Below are positions 15,172-24,795 of a DNA stretch of 25,125 nt, in pieces (position 1 is the stretch's first letter; each line of letters begins with the position of its first letter). The translations under genes and the position numbers were made by a program. Under the pieces are notes generated by a model. It was not told the DNA's origin. It saw only the letters and a list, made by a program, of their open reading frames with translations, and did not search any database. Source of the DNA: a virus (Duplodnaviria; Caudoviricetes); the IMG/VR virus record IMGVR_UViG_3300006046_000019, positions 1 to 25,125 of that record. One strand, written 5' to 3'.

Positions 15172-15627
15172 ATGTTAGTACAACTGCTTAATCGCACGGA
15201 CCCAGAACGGGTCCAGATTCAGATCAAGAATGTCGATGGGGGCGGTTCCATCACGACGGGTCTTGGCGCAATGTTTCCAAGTGCCGGAGCGTCTATTGAT
15301 GGGATCAGTTCGTTAAAGGCAACAGGAGCGGGCGTTAAAGGGTTCATTGGTGTAGCCACGCAGGACATTGCCATCAATGGATACGGTCTGGTGACGGCTT
15401 GGGGATACGTGAACAGCGTTCAAATCTCCAATGTCGGGACATCGATCACGATCACGGCGGGAGATACGCTCATCCCAGGCGCAGTGGCCGGGACATTCTT
15501 CTCTGTCGTGACAGCACAGGCGATGTCTACCCTGTTGTATAAGTACGTTTACGCGGCGACAACAGTTCCAGTGGACATTTCAAACTTGAACCAATCGTTT
15601 GTAGCGGGAATCGTGCGGGCCCTGTAG
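15172..15627 (+). CDS. Putative capsid decoration/cement protein
   Basis: AAGGAG SD, with a FIGVATQDIAINGYGLV...ITAGDTL pattern typical of head decoration proteins. Confidence 0.65.
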   Translation: MLVQLLNRTDPERVQIQIKNVDGGGSITTGLGAMFPSAGASIDGISSLKATGAGVKGFIGVATQDIAINGYGLVTAWGYVNSVQISNVGTSITITAGDTLIPGAVAGTFFSVVTAQAMSTLLYKYVYAATTVPVDISNLNQSFVAGIVRAL

Positions 15628-15893
15628 TGAATTGGTCAGAAATCAGAACAGCGGTTTTAAAAGGTATCGGTTTTTATCCAACCAGCTTTCTACTGCGTTG
15701 GACGCCGACTTTGAAGAATCCTGTTCGTTTCGACCTTTTGGAAGTCATGCGTTGCGAGGCGGACGGGGAGGTTGTGACCAGGAAATCGGCGCAATCTCCC
15801 CGCGCCGTCTTGCACGCAGGCCACAGGATTTTAAATCCGCGTTGTTACAGTCTGTTGGATTTCTTAAAAGTGCAATTGAGACTTATCCAATGA
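15627..15893 (+). CDS. Hypothetical protein
   Basis: Fills the gap and overlaps both neighbours (ATGA at 15890). Confidence 0.55.
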   Translation: MNWSEIRTAVLKGIGFYPTSFLLRWTPTLKNPVRFDLLEVMRCEADGEVVTRKSAQSPRAVLHAGHRILNPRCYSLLDFLKVQLRLIQ

Positions 15894-16684
15894 GCGAAAT
15901 CTTAAATCCAGAAACCGTTGGGGAAACAAAAGAAGAGGGCATTGTCCGTGTATTAGTAGGAATTCCCCATGAAGGAATGACAGGTTCAGAGGCGTATTGC
16001 AACCGCCTTTCGGTGTTTAAGCATCTGGGCCATCTGGAAGAACGAGGCAGGATCTTAAAGCAGGTTCCCCGTTTTGAATTCTTTCAAAAGACGTGTGGTC
16101 GAATGCACGTTCATGTGGCCAGGGAAGAAATGGCGAAAACGGCCTTGGTGTCGAACTGCGATTATTTGTTCATGATCGATGATGATATGACCAGTGATTT
16201 AGATTTGTTTGAAAAGCTTTATGCCAATCAAAAGGACATCATAGCGCCCTTGGCTTTTACAAGGAACTTTCCCCATAAGCCTGTGATTTATTCCTGTCGT
16301 GAAGGATGGGACAGCGTAGCGCAATGTCACCAGTTCACGAACTATGCTGTGATGAATTATCCAAAAGATAAGTTGTTTGAATGTGATGCCGTTGGGTTTG
16401 GGGCGGTCCTTATTCGTGTGGACTGTTTTAGGAAGATGCCTCAAACCTGGTTTAAAAACCCGTCCACAGGTGAAGATATCTACTTTTGCTATGAAGCTAA
16501 AAAGTACGGTTTTACGACTTGGATGGACACACGAATCAAATTGGGCCATATAAGCCATCCCTTGGTGATTACAGAAGATTACGTGCAAGCTCAATGGAAA
16601 ACGTATGGAATGGAAATAGAAAAACGTTATGGAACGCCTGAAAAGATGAATGGAAAGGAAGCTATCCTGGTATTGGGCGAATGA
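15890..16684 (+). CDS. GT-A fold (GT2-like) glycosyltransferase
   Basis: Start ATG 15890. DYLFMIDDDM (DxD), DAVGFGAVLI, GEDIYFC, DTRIKLGHI. Confidence 0.85.
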   Translation: MSEILNPETVGETKEEGIVRVLVGIPHEGMTGSEAYCNRLSVFKHLGHLEERGRILKQVPRFEFFQKTCGRMHVHVAREEMAKTALVSNCDYLFMIDDDMTSDLDLFEKLYANQKDIIAPLAFTRNFPHKPVIYSCREGWDSVAQCHQFTNYAVMNYPKDKLFECDAVGFGAVLIRVDCFRKMPQTWFKNPSTGEDIYFCYEAKKYGFTTWMDTRIKLGHISHPLVITEDYVQAQWKTYGMEIEKRYGTPEKMNGKEAILVLGE

Positions 16685-17976
16685 CCACACCGATTACGAT
16701 CATTGTTCCGACATTCAATAATCCTCAGTATTTAAATCCCTGTTTACTGTCGATCTTTCGGACAGGCGTGGTCAATGGATTGGCGAAGATTTTAGTCGTT
16801 AATAACGGTTCTCAGCCCATTAAAGACCAGTTTCAAGGGTTTCCAAACTTTGAAGTGTTAAATCCAAGAAAGAATTTAGGATGGGAAAATGGGTTGAGGT
16901 ATGGGATCGACCATACGGATTCTCCGTTCCTTGTCTTTCAAAATGACGATACATTTATACCGAAAGCCAATGCGTTCTTTTACAACGTTCTTTTGAGGCA
17001 ATTTGAAGATCCCACTGTGGCAGCGGTTGGGCCCGCTACAACCACGGCATCGGGATGGCACAGCGTCTTTCTGCAAAATCCACTGGTTTACCCTACGGCT
17101 GTTTCGTATTTGATCTTTTTTACTGTGATGATAAGACGATCTGACTATGAAATGGCTGGTGGACTGGATACCACATGCCCAGGAGGAGACGATTTAGACC
17201 TATCGATCCGCTTGAGAAGAATGGGTAAGCGATTGATCATTCAACCAGATGCTTTTTTGATTCATCATGCGTTTAAGACAGGTGAACGCGTGAGAGGCGG
17301 TCCCGACGTGGCGGGTGGATGGAACTCAAAAGAAATGATTGCCAAGACTGATCAATGGCTTATCCAGAAACATGGCTTTAAGGCATTTATGGATACAATG
17401 CGCGGACTTGTAGTTCCAAAAATTGAAACTGAAGATTTAGAAGGTCGAATCGTGGGCCAATTAGTGGAAGGGAGTAAGATAGTGGAATTGGGTTGTGGGG
17501 CCAAGAAAACTGTCCCGCAAGCAATCGGTGTTGATCTTGTTCCTAGAGGCTGTGAAATACCCAATGTGGCTGGCGCCTTTAGCGTTACGGATATTGTTGG
17601 AAATATAACAGAGAAATTACCGTTTGATGATTGCTCTCAAGACACTTTAATTGCCCGCCATATTCTTGAACACTGTATTGACAGTATTCAGACTCTTAAA
17701 CATTGGAACCGTATTTTGAAAATGAACGGGCGATTGATCGTTGCTGTACCGGATGAATCCAAAATCTGTGGAATCCCGATGAACCCTGAACATGTCCATG
17801 CTTTTACGCCTGAATCATTAAAGAATTTGCTGACAACTTGTGGGTTTAAGGAAATGTCGCATATCGATCCAGAAAATGGAATCTCCTTTGTGGCCTGTTT
17901 TGAAAAGGTTTTGCATATGCCGGTCGATGTAAATGGAAAGATCTTAGAAATGGCGAGAACCCAATGTTCCGTATAG
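16681..17976 (+). CDS. GT2 glycosyltransferase fused to class I SAM-dependent methyltransferase
   Basis: N-terminal IIVPTFNN, LVVNNGS, LVFQNDD, GGLD and DDLDLSIRL. C-terminal VELGCG, ARHILEH and LKMNGRLIVAVPD. Confidence 0.88.
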   Translation: MTTPITIIVPTFNNPQYLNPCLLSIFRTGVVNGLAKILVVNNGSQPIKDQFQGFPNFEVLNPRKNLGWENGLRYGIDHTDSPFLVFQNDDTFIPKANAFFYNVLLRQFEDPTVAAVGPATTTASGWHSVFLQNPLVYPTAVSYLIFFTVMIRRSDYEMAGGLDTTCPGGDDLDLSIRLRRMGKRLIIQPDAFLIHHAFKTGERVRGGPDVAGGWNSKEMIAKTDQWLIQKHGFKAFMDTMRGLVVPKIETEDLEGRIVGQLVEGSKIVELGCGAKKTVPQAIGVDLVPRGCEIPNVAGAFSVTDIVGNITEKLPFDDCSQDTLIARHILEHCIDSIQTLKHWNRILKMNGRLIVAVPDESKICGIPMNPEHVHAFTPESLKNLLTTCGFKEMSHIDPENGISFVACFEKVLHMPVDVNGKILEMARTQCSV

Positions 17977-18998
17977 CCAATTATTACGAATCGAGACTTG
18001 GACGTAATGATGGAAATCCATTGTATGTGACCGCCTGCCTGAAACGAATGCAGTATTACTCCGGCATTTGTGGCGGTTTAGGCCCGAATAAAGATTTATC
18101 TGGATGGTTTTCGAGTGGCCTTGAAGACAATGCTGCAAAAAAAGAAGACAATGCTGCAAAAAAAGCGGCCCAAGCTTTGTGGGACAGAGAAAAGACAATC
18201 ATGGAAGTAGACCATTTTTATCCGACAGGCGATATAAGCCCATTTGGAACTTATGACTTAAATATCCATGTTGATTGGGGTGAAGACGGTCTGACTGGGG
18301 TCTTGCCCTATAAACCGATAGATACGCCCCATCCAATGGCTTATTGGGCCTCTGATACCCACCTAGGTTATGACTACCGACTTTCAATGGCCAAGCAAGC
18401 AGATTTCGTATTTTGTGCCCAGAAACGGGCTGTTGAAGACATGAAACGAGATGGCATCCCCAATCCCATATGGCTCCCCCATGCTGTGGAACCCCAGGCG
18501 TATCCTAAAGGTGAACTTTTAACCAAGAAGTTCGACGTTTGTTTTGTAGGCCATGTGAATTCAAAGAATAGAGAGGACGCTTTAGACAAGTTATTTTTTG
18601 AGTTCCCTAATTTCTATTACGGGCAAGCCCTTTTTGATGAAGCAGCGAGGAAATTTTCGGAATCCAAGATCTGTTTCAACATTTCCATGCTGGACGATTT
18701 GAATATGCGGACGTTCGAGGTCATGGCGACAGGTTCTTTTCTTCTGACCAATTGGATCCCAACCATTGAAGAAGTCTTCGAAGACGGAAGACATTTGGTC
18801 CTTTATCATGATCATGAAGAAATGATCGATAAAGCGCGTTACTACATAGTACACGATGATGAACGGGAAAAAATCGCCCAAGCGGGTTATTACGAAGTGA
18901 TGGCCAAGCACACGATCCAGCATCGAGTGAACGTCATTTTGGATGAATATTACAAATCAAAGAAACCAGGGGAGGCCTTATGCAGTGCATTAAGTTAG
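17964..18998 (+). CDS. GT-B fold glycosyltransferase (CgeB / Glyco_trans_1_2-like)
   Basis: DVCFVG, SKICFN, NMRTFEVMATGSFLLT, REKIAQAG...KHTIQHRV. Confidence 0.88.
   Translation: MFRIANYYESRLGRNDGNPLYVTACLKRMQYYSGICGGLGPNKDLSGWFSSGLEDNAAKKEDNAAKKAAQALWDREKTIMEVDHFYPTGDISPFGTYDLNIHVDWGEDGLTGVLPYKPIDTPHPMAYWASDTHLGYDYRLSMAKQADFVFCAQKRAVEDMKRDGIPNPIWLPHAVEPQAYPKGELLTKKFDVCFVGHVNSKNREDALDKLFFEFPNFYYGQALFDEAARKFSESKICFNISMLDDLNMRTFEVMATGSFLLTNWIPTIEEVFEDGRHLVLYHDHEEMIDKARYYIVHDDEREKIAQAGYYEVMAKHTIQHRVNVILDEYYKSKKPGEALCSALS
18123..18164 (+). repeat. Perfect 21-bp tandem duplication (EDNAAKK x2)
   Basis: GAAGACAATGCTGCAAAAAAA occurs at 18123-18143 and 18144-18164. Confidence 0.95.
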
Positions 18999-19525
18999 TC
19001 AATGCCGGATTTGTCGATAAAGTGATTATTTTTGATACGTTGCCAGACCGTTTCATGAAAGACATCAAGACCCGCGCCGTGGAAGGCTTCCCGAGAGGAT
19101 GGGCCAAGCACTTGGGAGAGATCGGCAGTTTACGCCCAGTCTATAAAACGACGACGATTAAACGCGGGCCAGGGGACTATGAATATACCCACACAGAAAT
19201 TGGCAAAGAACCCTGTTTCTTTGTTTTGGAGTATGTAGACACCAATTCAGACAAAGAAGCTTGGCGGATGATTAGCGAATATATCCGCATGAATTGCGGT
19301 CCAGAAGTCCGGTTGAAAGAGAAATTAGAAGATATGGCACTTGCGATGGCTCCTAATTCAACTACGGCACTCAGTATTGAACCTGAAGATATCCCTGTTA
19401 TACCGGTTCCTTCAGGGATTGAAGAAACCAAGCCTGAGATTGTTAAAGAAGGTGAAACGGTCCTAGTCCGGGAAACTCCGCGTAAAAAGCGTGGACGCCC
19501 TAAGAAAGTAGCTGTGGAGGCATAA
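18980..19525 (+). CDS. Hypothetical protein with C-terminal AT-hook-like KKRGRPKK
   Basis: GGGAGG SD and a basic C-terminal motif. Confidence 0.75.
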   Translation: MQCIKLVNAGFVDKVIIFDTLPDRFMKDIKTRAVEGFPRGWAKHLGEIGSLRPVYKTTTIKRGPGDYEYTHTEIGKEPCFFVLEYVDTNSDKEAWRMISEYIRMNCGPEVRLKEKLEDMALAMAPNSTTALSIEPEDIPVIPVPSGIEETKPEIVKEGETVLVRETPRKKRGRPKKVAVEA

Positions 19526-19526
19526 A

Positions 19527-19796
19527 ATGGCTAACACATATAACACGGTAACAGTTGGAACGGCTGCTGTAAAAGTCATTGCGGCCAACAACTGGCGGCG
19601 CGGTTTCAATGTTTATAACGCTGGAGGGGCCACTTGCTATGTCGGGTTTGATTCAAGTGTCACCACATCAAATGGAACACCCGTCCTCGTTAACGATTCC
19701 TATGCAGATAACGGTTATCAAAATTACCAGGGCGATGTTTACATGATTTCAGGCAGTTCCGGTCAAGATATCCGCTATTTGGAATGGACAAAGTAG
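19527..19796 (+). CDS. Small virion structural protein (putative)
   Basis: GGAGG SD, beta-rich TVTVGTAAV...RRGFNVYN...VTTSNG. Confidence 0.7.
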   Translation: MANTYNTVTVGTAAVKVIAANNWRRGFNVYNAGGATCYVGFDSSVTTSNGTPVLVNDSYADNGYQNYQGDVYMISGSSGQDIRYLEWTK

Positions 19797-19804
19797 GAGG
19801 TCCC

Positions 19805-20605
19805 GTGAAAAAACTTTTATTTCTTTTGTGCCTTTCATTGCCGTCTATCGTCCTGGGTGTGAGCCGTCAAGGTGTTTCACGTCCACCGCTCAATATACGC
19901 ACAGAAGACGGTACCGTGAATACTTACCCTTATCGAGCTAAATTCACAAATGGAACTGTTACAGACAATGGAGATGGAACAGTTTCTATTAATGATTCTG
20001 GAACGTCTCTTATAAGTACAACCAGTACGTGGACAGCCAGTCAAACATTTTCGAGCATTACAGTTCAAACACAGATTGAATCGGATGGACTTATTTCCAT
20101 CAATGGAACGGCAGGCGTATCAGGGCAAGTCCTGCATTCGTCTGGGACCACGTTAGATGCTATATGGGGATGGCAAGGACTCGTTCCTCAAATGAGTTCA
20201 ACGACCCTAGTCACTTCTTCTGCTACGGCGGTAACAAGTTTCGTTTCTACCAATTTAACCCGGTCCATTACACCTAAATCAACCGCTGATTGCATCTTAG
20301 CTGTTTACAGTGGAAATTTAAGGACAAGCAATGCGGCTACTAATCAAGCAGAAGCAGCTATTTTTAATGGTTCTACAAATCTATGCAGCCAAGGTAGCAA
20401 TGATCGAGGATGTGCTTACATCCTTACAGGAGCTACTGTTGATGCTCTTGATATGCCAAGCACATTTATGGTCATGGATTGTCCAGGTTCGACATCCGCA
20501 CAAACATACACACTCAAAATTAAAGCGGATGGAACGGGGACAACGACGGCCAACAATCAATCTACAAATGCCCAGTTGATTCTGATTAATGTGGGAGGAC
20601 AGTAA
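19805..20605 (+). CDS. Fibre-like Ser/Thr-rich structural protein with signal-peptide-like N-terminus
   Basis: AGGAGG SD before GTG 19805. MKKLLFLLCLSLPSIVLG, then TDNGDGTVSI, TWTASQTFS and GTAGVSGQVL fibre-type motifs. Confidence 0.65.
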   Translation: MKKLLFLLCLSLPSIVLGVSRQGVSRPPLNIRTEDGTVNTYPYRAKFTNGTVTDNGDGTVSINDSGTSLISTTSTWTASQTFSSITVQTQIESDGLISINGTAGVSGQVLHSSGTTLDAIWGWQGLVPQMSSTTLVTSSATAVTSFVSTNLTRSITPKSTADCILAVYSGNLRTSNAATNQAEAAIFNGSTNLCSQGSNDRGCAYILTGATVDALDMPSTFMVMDCPGSTSAQTYTLKIKADGTGTTTANNQSTNAQLILINVGGQ

Positions 20606-21516
20606 TGGCCACATTTCTTGTCTTACAGCAGGAATTGGGTGCTCAAGTAGGGCTTGACCAAACTGTTTCAGCCCAAGCTACGCTATTAAAGCGTTGGCTC
20701 AATAATGCACAACAAATGATTTTACGTGCTTTTGAGTGGCCCTTCTTGCGGAACTCCTCTCCGCTGGTCGTCCAAACGGTCGTCGACTACACCACTGGGA
20801 CCGTGGCCACCACTGCCAATAGTACGTCGATCACGTTTAGTAGCGCTCCCTCCACATCTAAAACAGGGTTTTATATCCAAACCAGCAGTTCTAATGACTG
20901 GTATCGGATCTCTGCACATACAGCCGCTTCGACGAGCGCAACGCTTGATATAGCGGCTCTTTATACGGCTTCAGCCGCTACATTTACGGTCAGAAAGTTC
21001 TTCTATTCGACGGATTCGACTGTGGATCGGATTATCCAAGTTGTCCAAGATATTTTGCCTTATCAATTATTAGAGACAACACCAGAATATTTCCAATCGT
21101 TTAACCCAGGGTTTCTCTCCAGTGGAACACCACGTATCTATTGCATGGCGGGTGTTGATTCGAGCGGTTATCCTCAGTTCCGTTTATGGCCTAATCCTGA
21201 TGCGGCAATCAATTTAAACGTTTTCTATCTCAAAAATTCCGTCGATATGAGTGCAGATGGTGATGTATCGGTTATTCCTGCGAAATGGCATACAACGGTT
21301 CTTTTAGAAGGCGCTAAAGCGCAAGGTTTCTCATTTTTAGATGATTCTCGTTATGGACCCTCCTATGAACTGTTTCAAGCTGGAATTGAAGAAATGAAAA
21401 CAGAATATGAACTGGGTCTGCATCGTCATCGCGTTATGACAGCAGCAGACAATCAGCCAGTAGGCGGCAATTTGGGGTATATGCCATTGCCGTTCAATTA
21501 TCCAAGGGGTAGTTAA
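20605..21516 (+). CDS. Head-tail adaptor protein (podovirus type) with inserted beta domain
   Basis: MATF..LQ, KRWLNNAQ...EWPFL, GTPRIY, RLWPNPD, D...IPAKWH. Confidence 0.75.
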   Translation: MATFLVLQQELGAQVGLDQTVSAQATLLKRWLNNAQQMILRAFEWPFLRNSSPLVVQTVVDYTTGTVATTANSTSITFSSAPSTSKTGFYIQTSSSNDWYRISAHTAASTSATLDIAALYTASAATFTVRKFFYSTDSTVDRIIQVVQDILPYQLLETTPEYFQSFNPGFLSSGTPRIYCMAGVDSSGYPQFRLWPNPDAAINLNVFYLKNSVDMSADGDVSVIPAKWHTTVLLEGAKAQGFSFLDDSRYGPSYELFQAGIEEMKTEYELGLHRHRVMTAADNQPVGGNLGYMPLPFNYPRGS

Positions 21517-23039
21517 TGGGCGCAAACGGACAGAACATCGAAATCAATGATTTCTCTGGTGGGTTAAACACCTTTGCACCTGAATATCTACTCGATCTTA
21601 ATGAAAGTCCCGATTTGGACAATATCGTTCTCTTGCAGAGAGGATATCGTAAACGCAATGGCGATTCCGCTTGGAATTCATCGGCCATGGTTTCATCTTC
21701 TACTGCCATTCACGGCATGGGATACATTCAATTTGATAGTGGAACTGAGTTTTTAAACGCCATTGCTGGAACGAAGTTTTTTACTGATACGGGTTTAGCT
21801 GGAACAATGGCCGATGCTACGGGTGCTGTTACCATCACGTCAGGACAGAATAATATCTGGACACCTATCAGATTTAATAATTTGCAAATTTGGTTTGGCG
21901 GTGCTCCCGATGCACCTTTCAAATACTCAGGATCTGGCAATGCGGCAGGTTTAGGAGGCAGTCCTCCATCGGCCAATGCGGCATTTGCTGGTAATAATCG
22001 AATTTTCGCTATGAATACAACGGCCAATCCCTCGCGTATTTATTGGCCGATTGTATCAAACCCAGAAGATTGGACAGGAGCAGGCTCAGGCAATTCTGAT
22101 GTCGCTGTTTCGGATGGCGATAGTTTGCAATGCGGTATTTTGGTCGGCCCAGATACGGCGATTCTTTTTAAGCACAACAGTACCCATTTGATGATCCTGA
22201 CGCGCCAGCCTTTCCCGATTTATCAGCTTCAAACAGGTGTAGGTATCGCTGGCAAGAATGCCTGGGTCTTTGCCGATGGCGTGATCTATTTTGTGACCCC
22301 TGGATTACGCATGAAATCGACGATGGATGGCGTCAATTTTCAAGATTATCCCAATGACATTGATCCCATTTGGGACACGATCAATGTGAATCGAATCCAA
22401 TATATCCAGGGCATCTATTCTCAGGCGTTGGAATGGATCATTTTCGTCGTATCTACGGGGTCCAGTACGACGAACAATTATTTGATCGCCTGGGACTTAA
22501 AACGCAAATGCTTTCTGCGATGTTCGACGGGATACAAAGCCAATGTCCTGGCATTAGTGCAAAACCGGCGTTTATTTGCAGGTCATTACGACGGTAAAAT
22601 GTACGAAAAAATGAAATCCAATATCTCCGCTGATGCTTCTGAAACATCTCCGGGGGCAATTGATGGGCACTGGAGAACGCCTTTCAAGAATCTAGGTAAT
22701 GGTTTAGATACGACTATCCATCCTCTCTATTTGAGTATCTCAGCATTAACTGAAACAGCCTCAACGCTGGATGTCTCATATGGATTTGATTTTACTTCCC
22801 CCTCAACGACCCAATCATTCAGTCTTACGGTAGTAGGCAGTCTATGGGACACGGGTTTATGGGATGTCGCTGTTTGGGGCGGTCAGAATGCAACGATTTT
22901 ACGGCAATTTGTCTATGGACGTGGAAATCTGTTTAGTTTTTCGATGCGAAATGCGACAGCCTCTCAAGGGTATACCGTTCAAGGGGCCAGTGTCCGATTA
23001 CGAACTGACAAATCTAGAAAGGTATTTGCGGGAGTTTAA
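21516..23039 (+). CDS. Tail nozzle / DNA stabilization protein (beta-propeller; P22 gp10/T7 gp12-like position)
   Basis: DFSGGLN...NESPDLDN...RKRNG N-terminus, NNRIF...SRIYW...NPEDW, and a C-terminal WDxxxWDxxxW. Confidence 0.75.
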   Translation: MGANGQNIEINDFSGGLNTFAPEYLLDLNESPDLDNIVLLQRGYRKRNGDSAWNSSAMVSSSTAIHGMGYIQFDSGTEFLNAIAGTKFFTDTGLAGTMADATGAVTITSGQNNIWTPIRFNNLQIWFGGAPDAPFKYSGSGNAAGLGGSPPSANAAFAGNNRIFAMNTTANPSRIYWPIVSNPEDWTGAGSGNSDVAVSDGDSLQCGILVGPDTAILFKHNSTHLMILTRQPFPIYQLQTGVGIAGKNAWVFADGVIYFVTPGLRMKSTMDGVNFQDYPNDIDPIWDTINVNRIQYIQGIYSQALEWIIFVVSTGSSTTNNYLIAWDLKRKCFLRCSTGYKANVLALVQNRRLFAGHYDGKMYEKMKSNISADASETSPGAIDGHWRTPFKNLGNGLDTTIHPLYLSISALTETASTLDVSYGFDFTSPSTTQSFSLTVVGSLWDTGLWDVAVWGGQNATILRQFVYGRGNLFSFSMRNATASQGYTVQGASVRLRTDKSRKVFAGV

Positions 23040-23042
23040 ACT

Positions 23043-24059
23043 ATGGCCATTAACTTCACAGTGAGTTATTCCTTTAGTCCGAATACTACTATTTCATCGT
23101 CTCAGGTGAACACCAACTTTTCAGACGAAGCTAACGTGTGGGTGGGTTTAGAAGGTTTGACGAAGACATTCGCAAAACTCAAAGTTGACGTGGATCCTAC
23201 CACCGCTTTAGAAGTGGCCACCAAACAATATGTGGACCATTATTCGACTTGGAGAAGGCCCGTTTTGAAATATGCCTCTGCAACCACGGTGACTGTAGAA
23301 TCGGGGTTGGATGGGACTTCAGGTGACATTCCTATTTTATTTCCAGACGGGACAATAAGAACAGAAACATCAGCGACCCGAACAACGTTCGATATAACGC
23401 GGAACGCTGTATTGACGACATCAGGCGCTCAATCGGGGCTTACGGGAGCTACTACGGAGGGTACTAATTCCTGGTACGCTTTGTACGCCGTGAAGGTCAC
23501 TGATTCAAGCACTCAATGGGTGACGATTGGAACTACGGTTCTTCCTATCCAAGCCAACTACGCGACACTGAATACGGCTTATCAAGCTTCTGGTTGGGTT
23601 TATTTGGGGCTGATTAGAAACGGGGATAACTCTGGAACAACGGGAGACATTTTACCTTTCTCTCAAGCTGGAAACATCACGCTATTTACGAATACGGCTA
23701 CCGCTCAAACGATCTCTATGAGGGGAACGCGCTTGGCTTCCACGGCCTCCGCCGCGACATTGACTTATACGTACTCAGCAGGTACAGGAACAACAGCCAT
23801 TCCGAATAATATTACTCATGTTTATTATGGGACCGATGCCTCAACAGGGTCCGTTAAGGGCGCTATTGTTCAGAATGCGGCTGGGGCCATTTATTTCGAT
23901 GAACGATGGTCCAGCGGACAAACGGTTACTCATACGTGGGCCGTGGCTAGTGATGGCGTGAAAATGTCCAATAGCGCGGCAGAAAATGAAGCCATGGCCA
24001 TTATGCTTTGTGGTTTTGTTGATGGAGCTTTAGGGGTTGGATCAAATCCGATTTTGTAA
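23043..24059 (+). CDS. Tail fibre/spike-like protein
   Basis: F.PNTTI.SSQVNTNF N-terminal anchor and ATKQYVD motif, Thr/Ser-rich. Confidence 0.7.
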   Translation: MAINFTVSYSFSPNTTISSSQVNTNFSDEANVWVGLEGLTKTFAKLKVDVDPTTALEVATKQYVDHYSTWRRPVLKYASATTVTVESGLDGTSGDIPILFPDGTIRTETSATRTTFDITRNAVLTTSGAQSGLTGATTEGTNSWYALYAVKVTDSSTQWVTIGTTVLPIQANYATLNTAYQASGWVYLGLIRNGDNSGTTGDILPFSQAGNITLFTNTATAQTISMRGTRLASTASAATLTYTYSAGTGTTAIPNNITHVYYGTDASTGSVKGAIVQNAAGAIYFDERWSSGQTVTHTWAVASDGVKMSNSAAENEAMAIMLCGFVDGALGVGSNPIL

Positions 24060-24067
24060 GGAAATTC

Positions 24068-24268
24068 ATGGATCAGAAAGAATCTTCAAGAAATGCTGTT
24101 CTTGCCAGACCCATTATTCTTGGGGATCTGACTCTTGCCAGTCCGACCACTCAAACAACAATCGGCGGAGCAGGCGGAGCCAGTGCGTTGCCAGCGACTC
24201 CCCTGGGGTATATCTTGGTTCAGGTCGGGACAACGACGGTTGCTGTGCCATATTTCAATGCGAGCTAA
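24068..24268 (+). CDS. Small structural protein (putative)
   Basis: AAGGA SD, GAGGASALPATPLGYILV...VPYFN. Confidence 0.65.
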   Translation: MDQKESSRNAVLARPIILGDLTLASPTTQTTIGGAGGASALPATPLGYILVQVGTTTVAVPYFNAS

Positions 24269-24794
24269 CGGATCAGAAACGGTAGCCAGCGGCCTGGTGG
24301 CCGATTTCCAGATTTTAGAGCCAGAAAAACCCAATTTCGGGCTTTGTAAAGCTATCCCTGAAGGTATGAGCAAGCAGATTGAAACTGCTGTGCGCGACTT
24401 CATAGTGAGTTCCAATATACCACCAAATGGCTTAAATATCGATGGATTTTATCATCAAACAATTCAAGCGATTGCCAATGCGGCGATCATCGGACAAGGA
24501 TTGGACCTTTGGTTAGGGACATATAAAAATGAGCTTTGGACATATATCTTAGGCCATATTGGAAACGATTATGACGGGCGTTTGGCCTATACAGTCACAC
24601 AGGCTTGGGTTCGCAAAGATCAACGCGGTCAGCCTTGGGTTCGAAAAGCCTGGGAAAAGGTCAGACAACGGGCAAAAGATTGTCTTTGTCATCACTTCGC
24701 TGTGATTTCAACTAAAGATCGAACGAATGTCTATTGCCGGTTCTTGGGTAAAGATTTTAGAAAATATGCCGAAATTTTGAAAGAGGTGATCTGA
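24258..24794 (+). CDS. Putative GNAT-like protein (P22 gp14 position)
   Basis: Likely start ATG 24258. QAWVRKDQRGQ resembles GNAT motif A, and it lies between tail and ejection genes. Confidence 0.5.
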   Translation: MRANGSETVASGLVADFQILEPEKPNFGLCKAIPEGMSKQIETAVRDFIVSSNIPPNGLNIDGFYHQTIQAIANAAIIGQGLDLWLGTYKNELWTYILGHIGNDYDGRLAYTVTQAWVRKDQRGQPWVRKAWEKVRQRAKDCLCHHFAVISTKDRTNVYCRFLGKDFRKYAEILKEVI

Positions 24795-24795
24795 T

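Noticed and set aside
15632-15889. N-terminal extension of the first glycosyltransferase in the ORF track
   Set aside because: It overlaps the 15627-15893 gene, and the ATGA coupling at 15890 is the better start.
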